Part shown: one piece after another, positions 59,476 to 64,000 of the stretch
How the letters are laid out: each line of letters opens with the position of its first letter
Numbering within the stretch: position 1 is the first letter of the stretch
NCBI GenBank assembly: GCA_963662625.1
Contig: OY759726.1
Coordinates: 576,001 to 640,000 of the forward strand
Source of the DNA: Nitrosopumilus sp.
GTDB lineage: Archaea; Thermoproteota; Nitrososphaeria; Nitrososphaerales; Nitrosopumilaceae
DNA: 64,000 bases
Reading direction: 5' to 3'
Program-made: the position numbers and the translations under genes
Notes under the pieces: model-generated
Told to the model about the DNA's origin: nothing
Database searches by the model: none
Seen by the model: only the letters and a program-made list of their open reading frames with translations

Positions 59476-60904
59476 ACGAGTCCCAAAAGGGCGAGCCCCC
59501 CCCCCGAGGGGCGGGCAGGTTAAGAACAGGACGATATTCACGGGCGACAACCTCGAGATAATGCGCGGCATGGAAAACGAAAGCGTGGATCTGACATGCC
59601 CGGGTCCCCCGTTCAACTCCAAGCACAACTATGCGGCACCGATCGGCTCCAGGGCGGCTGGCGCGGAGTTCAAGGACACTTAGACGCTGAGCGGCATTGA
59701 CCAGGCATGGTGGGGCGAAATCGCGGATCAGAACGAGCCGCTGTACTAGATCATCGGCACTGCCGGAAAGGTTGGCGACGAGTCCACCATGTCATACCTG
59801 ATATACATGGCAATCAGGATTCTGGAAATGCACAGAATCCTGAAGCCCGCGGGCTCGCTGTACCTGCATTGCGATACCACGATGAGCCACTACCTGAAGC
59901 TGGCACTGGACTCAATATTCGGAAGCAAGTCGTTCCGCAACGACATTACGTGGAAGCGGACCAGCTCTCACAATGACGGCAAGAGGTACGGAAAGATTTC
60001 CGACAGGATACTGTTTTACACCAAGACTGAAAAGTGCGCCTGGAATTACGTTTGCATGCCATATTCGAGGGGGCACATGGAAAAAAACTTCAAAGACGAG
60101 GACGGGCGCGGGCGTTACGCCCACAAGGACTTGACGGCGGAGAGCCTGGCAGGTGGCGGGTATGAGTACGAATACAAGGGCCACGTCAGGATCTGGAAAA
60201 GGTCCCCGGAGTCGATGGCAGAGTTGGAAAGGCAGGGAAGGATACACATGCCAAAAAGGAGGGGCGGGGTTCCAAGGTACAAGATATATCTTGACGAGGC
60301 AAAAGGCGTCCCACTGCAGAACATCTGGACCGACATACCAAACGTCCAAGGCCAGGAAAGGCTGGGCTATCCCACGCAAAAGCCACTCGCGCTGCTGGAA
60401 CGGATCATAGATGCAAGCAGTTACACGGGCGACGTGGTGTTCGACCCGTTCTGCGGATGCGCCACGGCCTGCCTTGCGGCAGAGAGAAGGGGGAGGAGGT
60501 GGATAGGGTGCGACATATCGGAAAGGGCCTATTCGCTGATTGAGCAAAGGCTCAAAAAGGACGCCGGGATCGCCAAGTTTGTTACCGGTGCCGGGGAAGT
60601 CATACAGAGGACGGACATACCCAAAAGGAGGGGAAGGAGATCCAAGGACATCAAACACGCGCTGTACGGCACGCAGCGCGGCCACTGCAACGGCTGCAGG
60701 CACCACTACCAGTTCAAGGATCTCGAGGTTGATCATGTGGTACCCAAGGCAAGGGGCGGGCAGGATGACGACGGCAACCTCCAGCTATTGTGCGGCAACT
60801 GCAACAGGAGAAAGGGGAAGAAACTCACGATGGCCGAGCTGAAAGCGGTCCTGGACGCGGAGGGGGTGACGTTCGGCGGGGGCGCCCACGAACCGCGGAA
60901 CTGA
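59476..60904 (+). pseudogene. N4/N6 DNA methyltransferase-HNH endonuclease fusion with disrupted 5' part
   Basis: IFTGDNL; degraded catalytic motif (CPGPPF for YLDPPF); in-frame TAGs at 59681 and 59747; YPTQKP, DPFCGCAT; C-terminal CNGC...VDHVVP...NLQLLCGNCN. Confidence 0.85.
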
Positions 60905-61232
60905 CGCACCGCCACGGCTTTGGCCAGGAGACCCACGCCCCCATGGATTCACAGAACCGCCCACCAAAGGGCACCCTCCTTCTCCCGCACGATCCACCCC
61001 ACCCCGGAATAATTCGGCCTCGCGCAGTCTGGATGCCCCGGGCCCGCGCATATCCCGTGCTCCCCCACTCCCGGTGGTGGCAGAGGCGGGGCACCTGCTG
61101 CTTGCCGACTTTGCGCTCTCGGACTGGGGCGAACGGCCTTCCGGACTAGGCTGACACGGTGATTTTCAAGCGGTGTCGGGCTACCCCGCCCTGGATAAAA
61201 CACTTAACTCCGGCTCCCCCGCATACCATGCG

Positions 61233-61988
61233 ATGGCCATACTGACCGTGACCGGGATCGAGAAGCACTTTGGCGGCCTCAACGTGCTCGACGGGGTCGA
61301 CATGGAGGTCGAGGGCGGCAGGCTGTACCAGATGATCGGGCCCAACGGGAGCGGCAAGACCACGCTGATAAACGTGATATCCGGGCTGCTGAGGCCCGAC
61401 GGGGGGAGGGTCGTCTTCGACGGCACAGACATCACCGAGATGGGGCCGTTCGAGACCTTCAAGGAGGGGCTGGTCAGGACGTGGCAGATCCCGCAGCCGT
61501 TCTCGACCCTCAACACCGTGGAGAACCTCATGGTGTCGGGCGAGGGCAACTCCGGGGAGGGCTTCCTGGCCGCCCCGCTGAGGTCCGGGTGGAGGGCCGA
61601 CGAGGAGGCGGCGGCCGAGAGGGCCGACGGCGTCGCCCGGATGGTGGGCCTGGACGAGAAGAAGCACGTGCCGAGCCAGAACCTCAGCGGGGGGCAGCAG
61701 AAGCTGCTGGAGCTGGGCCGGGCCATGATGTCCGACGCCAAGATGATCCTCATGGACGAGCCGATCGCCGGCGTCAACCCGACCCTGGCCCACCAGATAT
61801 TCGAGAAGATCGAGAAGATCTGCGCCGAGCAGAAGATCACGTTCCTCATAGTGGAGCACAGGCTGGACATATCCCTCCAGTACACCGAGCACGTCTTCGT
61901 GATGAACAGGGGCAAGATAATCGCCGAGGGCACCCCCGACGAGGTCACGAGGCACCCCAAGGTCGTGGAGTCCTACCTGGGTGATTAG
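61233..61988 (+). CDS. livG: branched-chain amino acid ABC ATPase
   Basis: GPNGSGKT, RTWQ, LSGGQ, MDEP, VVESYLG. Confidence 0.93.
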   Translation: MAILTVTGIEKHFGGLNVLDGVDMEVEGGRLYQMIGPNGSGKTTLINVISGLLRPDGGRVVFDGTDITEMGPFETFKEGLVRTWQIPQPFSTLNTVENLMVSGEGNSGEGFLAAPLRSGWRADEEAAAERADGVARMVGLDEKKHVPSQNLSGGQQKLLELGRAMMSDAKMILMDEPIAGVNPTLAHQIFEKIEKICAEQKITFLIVEHRLDISLQYTEHVFVMNRGKIIAEGTPDEVTRHPKVVESYLGD

Positions 61989-62735
61989 ATGGCCGACCCC
62001 AAGGAGCGCGTCGTCAGGGTGGACAAGCTCAGCTCCGGCTACGCCAGCAGCCACATACTCTTCGACGTGGACTTTGAGGCCAGGAGGGGGGCGATCACCG
62101 TCATAATAGGGCCCAACGGGAGCGGCAAGAGCACGCTGCTCAAGAGCCTGTTCGGGCTCTGCACCGTCTATTCCGGGAAGATATCGTTCCTGGGCAAGGA
62201 CATAACCGGCCTCACGCCGCACGAGGTGGCGCGCGAGAGGATCGCGTACCTGCCACAGGTGAACAACGTGTTCGCCAACCTGACCATCCGGGAGAACCTC
62301 GTGATGGCCGGGTACACCGTCGACCCCAAGGACTTTGCCGAGAGGGTCCCCGGCGTGATGGACGCGTTCCCGGAGCTGAAGAGGTACGAGGGGGAGAAGG
62401 CCCAGTCGCTCAGCGGGGGGCAGCGCCAGATGCTGGCCATGTGCATGGCGCTGGTGAGGCGGCCGACGCTGATGCTGTTCGACGAGCCGACTGCCAGCCT
62501 GTCGCCGAAGCTCTCAGTCGACGTCCTCAACAAGATGGAGGAGATAAGGAGCGAGTTCGGGATCACCGTGATCCTGGTCGAGCAGGACGTCAAGCGCGCC
62601 CTCAAGTTCGGGGACTGGGTCTACCTGCTGGCAAGCGGCAAGAACGTCTTCGACGGGACGCCGGCGGAGCTGCAGGCCCACCCGGAACTGGGCAGGCTGT
62701 ACCTGGGCGTGACCCAGGGAGACGCCCGCAAGTGA
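61989..62735 (+). CDS. livF: branched-chain amino acid ABC ATPase
   Basis: GPNGSGKS, LSGGQRQMLA, FDEPTASLSP, VEQ. Confidence 0.93.
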   Translation: MADPKERVVRVDKLSSGYASSHILFDVDFEARRGAITVIIGPNGSGKSTLLKSLFGLCTVYSGKISFLGKDITGLTPHEVARERIAYLPQVNNVFANLTIRENLVMAGYTVDPKDFAERVPGVMDAFPELKRYEGEKAQSLSGGQRQMLAMCMALVRRPTLMLFDEPTASLSPKLSVDVLNKMEEIRSEFGITVILVEQDVKRALKFGDWVYLLASGKNVFDGTPAELQAHPELGRLYLGVTQGDARK

Positions 62736-62784
62736 CGCCCCCAGCGCGGGAAGCGTGGCGCCTTGGGGCGTGCAGGGGCGCGCC

Positions 62785-63999
62785 CTAGCCCAGGGTCACG
62801 GAGTCGTCGGCCTGGGTGTACTTTCCTAGCAGCACCCACTCCCCGCCGCGGATGCCCCACACCTCATAGTCCGCCTGGGCCAGGTCGCCCGCCTCGTTGA
62901 GCGTGGTCGGCCCGATCGCCCCGCTGTAGCCCGCGGCGATGCGTGGTATGGCCTCCCTGATGGTGCCGGGGTCGGAGCTCTGCGTGTCGAGCATCGCCAG
63001 CCCGATCACCCACACCGCGTCGTACGACGAGTGCACGAACGTGTTGGGCGTCCTGCCGAGCGTCTCGGTGAGGTGGTCCTGCACCTTCTGGTACGTCGGG
63101 TTCTTGGAGGCGGCCACCTGCACCGTGGTGAACTGGACGGCGGTCGAGAACTCCAGCCCTATGGGGTCGTCTACCAGCTTGTGCTCCTTGGTGTTGGCGC
63201 CCGGCCCGAACCACCTGACGTCGTCTAGGACGCCGTGCGAGGAGGAGGACTGGACGAACTGGAGGATCTCGGCAAAGCCCAGGAACACCACCGCTACCCT
63301 GTCGCTGCCGTACGCGTCGACGTGCCGCTGGACCTTCTCGGCCAGGAGCGACGCCGACGTGGAGAACTCCGGGGACTCTGGGTTGTAGCGGATCCCCTCG
63401 TCTGCCGTGCCGCCGCGCTCCACGAATGACGCGACCGTCGCCTCGCTCAGGCCGTCGCCCCACGTGTCGCCGCGCCACACCGGCACTATGGCCTCCATCC
63501 CCTCGTGCCGGACGAGCTTTGCCAGCGCGGTCCCCTGGTTGGTGTCGTCTGGGACCAGCCTGAAGACGCTGTCTCCGGGGATCGCCAGCGCCGGCGCCGA
63601 CGAGCAGCAGCTGACCAGCACCATGTTGTTGGAGTCAGAGTACCCCTTGATGTTCCTGATGTTGGAGCTGGTCTCCGGGCCGACCACTATCCCTATCCCC
63701 TTGGCGTTGAGCGAGGTCAGCTTCTCCAGCGCCATGACCGGGTTGGTCGCCGAGTCCTCGGACACCATCTTGAGGCGCCACGGGGCGTCGATCCCCTCCA
63801 GGTGGCGGTTGAACTCGGTCACCCCGAACTTGGAGCCCTCCCAGTTCTCCTCGCCGTGGGTGGCGAGGTCCCCGGTGAGCGGGAGGATCAGCCCGATGGT
63901 GACGTCGCCGGACAGCCCGGCCTCCCCGCCCTGGTCCCCCGGCGCGGGCTGCCCCGAGAGGGCCACTGCGACCGCGATGCCCGCCAGCGCCGCGGCAGC
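62785..63999 (-). CDS. livK: branched-chain amino acid-type ABC substrate-binding protein (5' end outside window)
   Basis: IGLILPLTG, EDSATNP, VVGPETS, FRLVPDD, SYDA, GDL. Confidence 0.85.
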   Translation of the reverse strand, partial: AAAALAGIAVAVALSGQPAPGDQGGEAGLSGDVTIGLILPLTGDLATHGEENWEGSKFGVTEFNRHLEGIDAPWRLKMVSEDSATNPVMALEKLTSLNAKGIGIVVGPETSSNIRNIKGYSDSNNMVLVSCCSSAPALAIPGDSVFRLVPDDTNQGTALAKLVRHEGMEAIVPVWRGDTWGDGLSEATVASFVERGGTADEGIRYNPESPEFSTSASLLAEKVQRHVDAYGSDRVAVVFLGFAEILQFVQSSSSHGVLDDVRWFGPGANTKEHKLVDDPIGLEFSTAVQFTTVQVAASKNPTYQKVQDHLTETLGRTPNTFVHSSYDAVWVIGLAMLDTQSSDPGTIREAIPRIAAGYSGAIGPTTLNEAGDLAQADYEVWGIRGGEWVLLGKYTQADDSVTLG

Positions 64000-64000
64000 C

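Noticed and set aside
59681-59749. Amber recoding (pyrrolysine or readthrough) of two in-frame TAGs
   Set aside because: TAG terminates many intact genes here and the neighbouring catalytic motif is destroyed, so pseudogenisation is simpler

Overview
High-GC genome segment from an ammonia-oxidising archaeon (Nitrosopumilaceae/Cenarchaeum-like; sponge symbiont is an inference). The taxon call rests on archaeal TBP, Kae1/Bud32, Taw1 and TgtA plus the adjacent 3HP/4HB-cycle pair 4-hydroxybutyrate-CoA ligase and 4-hydroxybutyryl-CoA dehydratase. Accessory elements interrupt the core genes: three tandem secreted thrombospondin-type-3 repeat genes, two ISH3-like elements, an IS66 element with exact TIR and TSD, IS66 and IS481 remnants, and several AT-rich islands. 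The best candidate for a new system is an AT-rich three-gene operon (33879-38140) encoding a wHTH/AbiEi-like plus nucleotidyltransferase fusion, a TRAFAC GTPase and a GAP1-N2-like protein. Other notable signals: pseudogenes decay mostly by A:T->G:C transitions; an intron-containing tRNA has a Ser-like body but a predicted GAA anticodon; a decayed MTase-HNH gene carries a poly-C tract; and a signal peptidase has a 31x18-bp repeat tail. All family assignments are motif recognition by eye; no searches were run.
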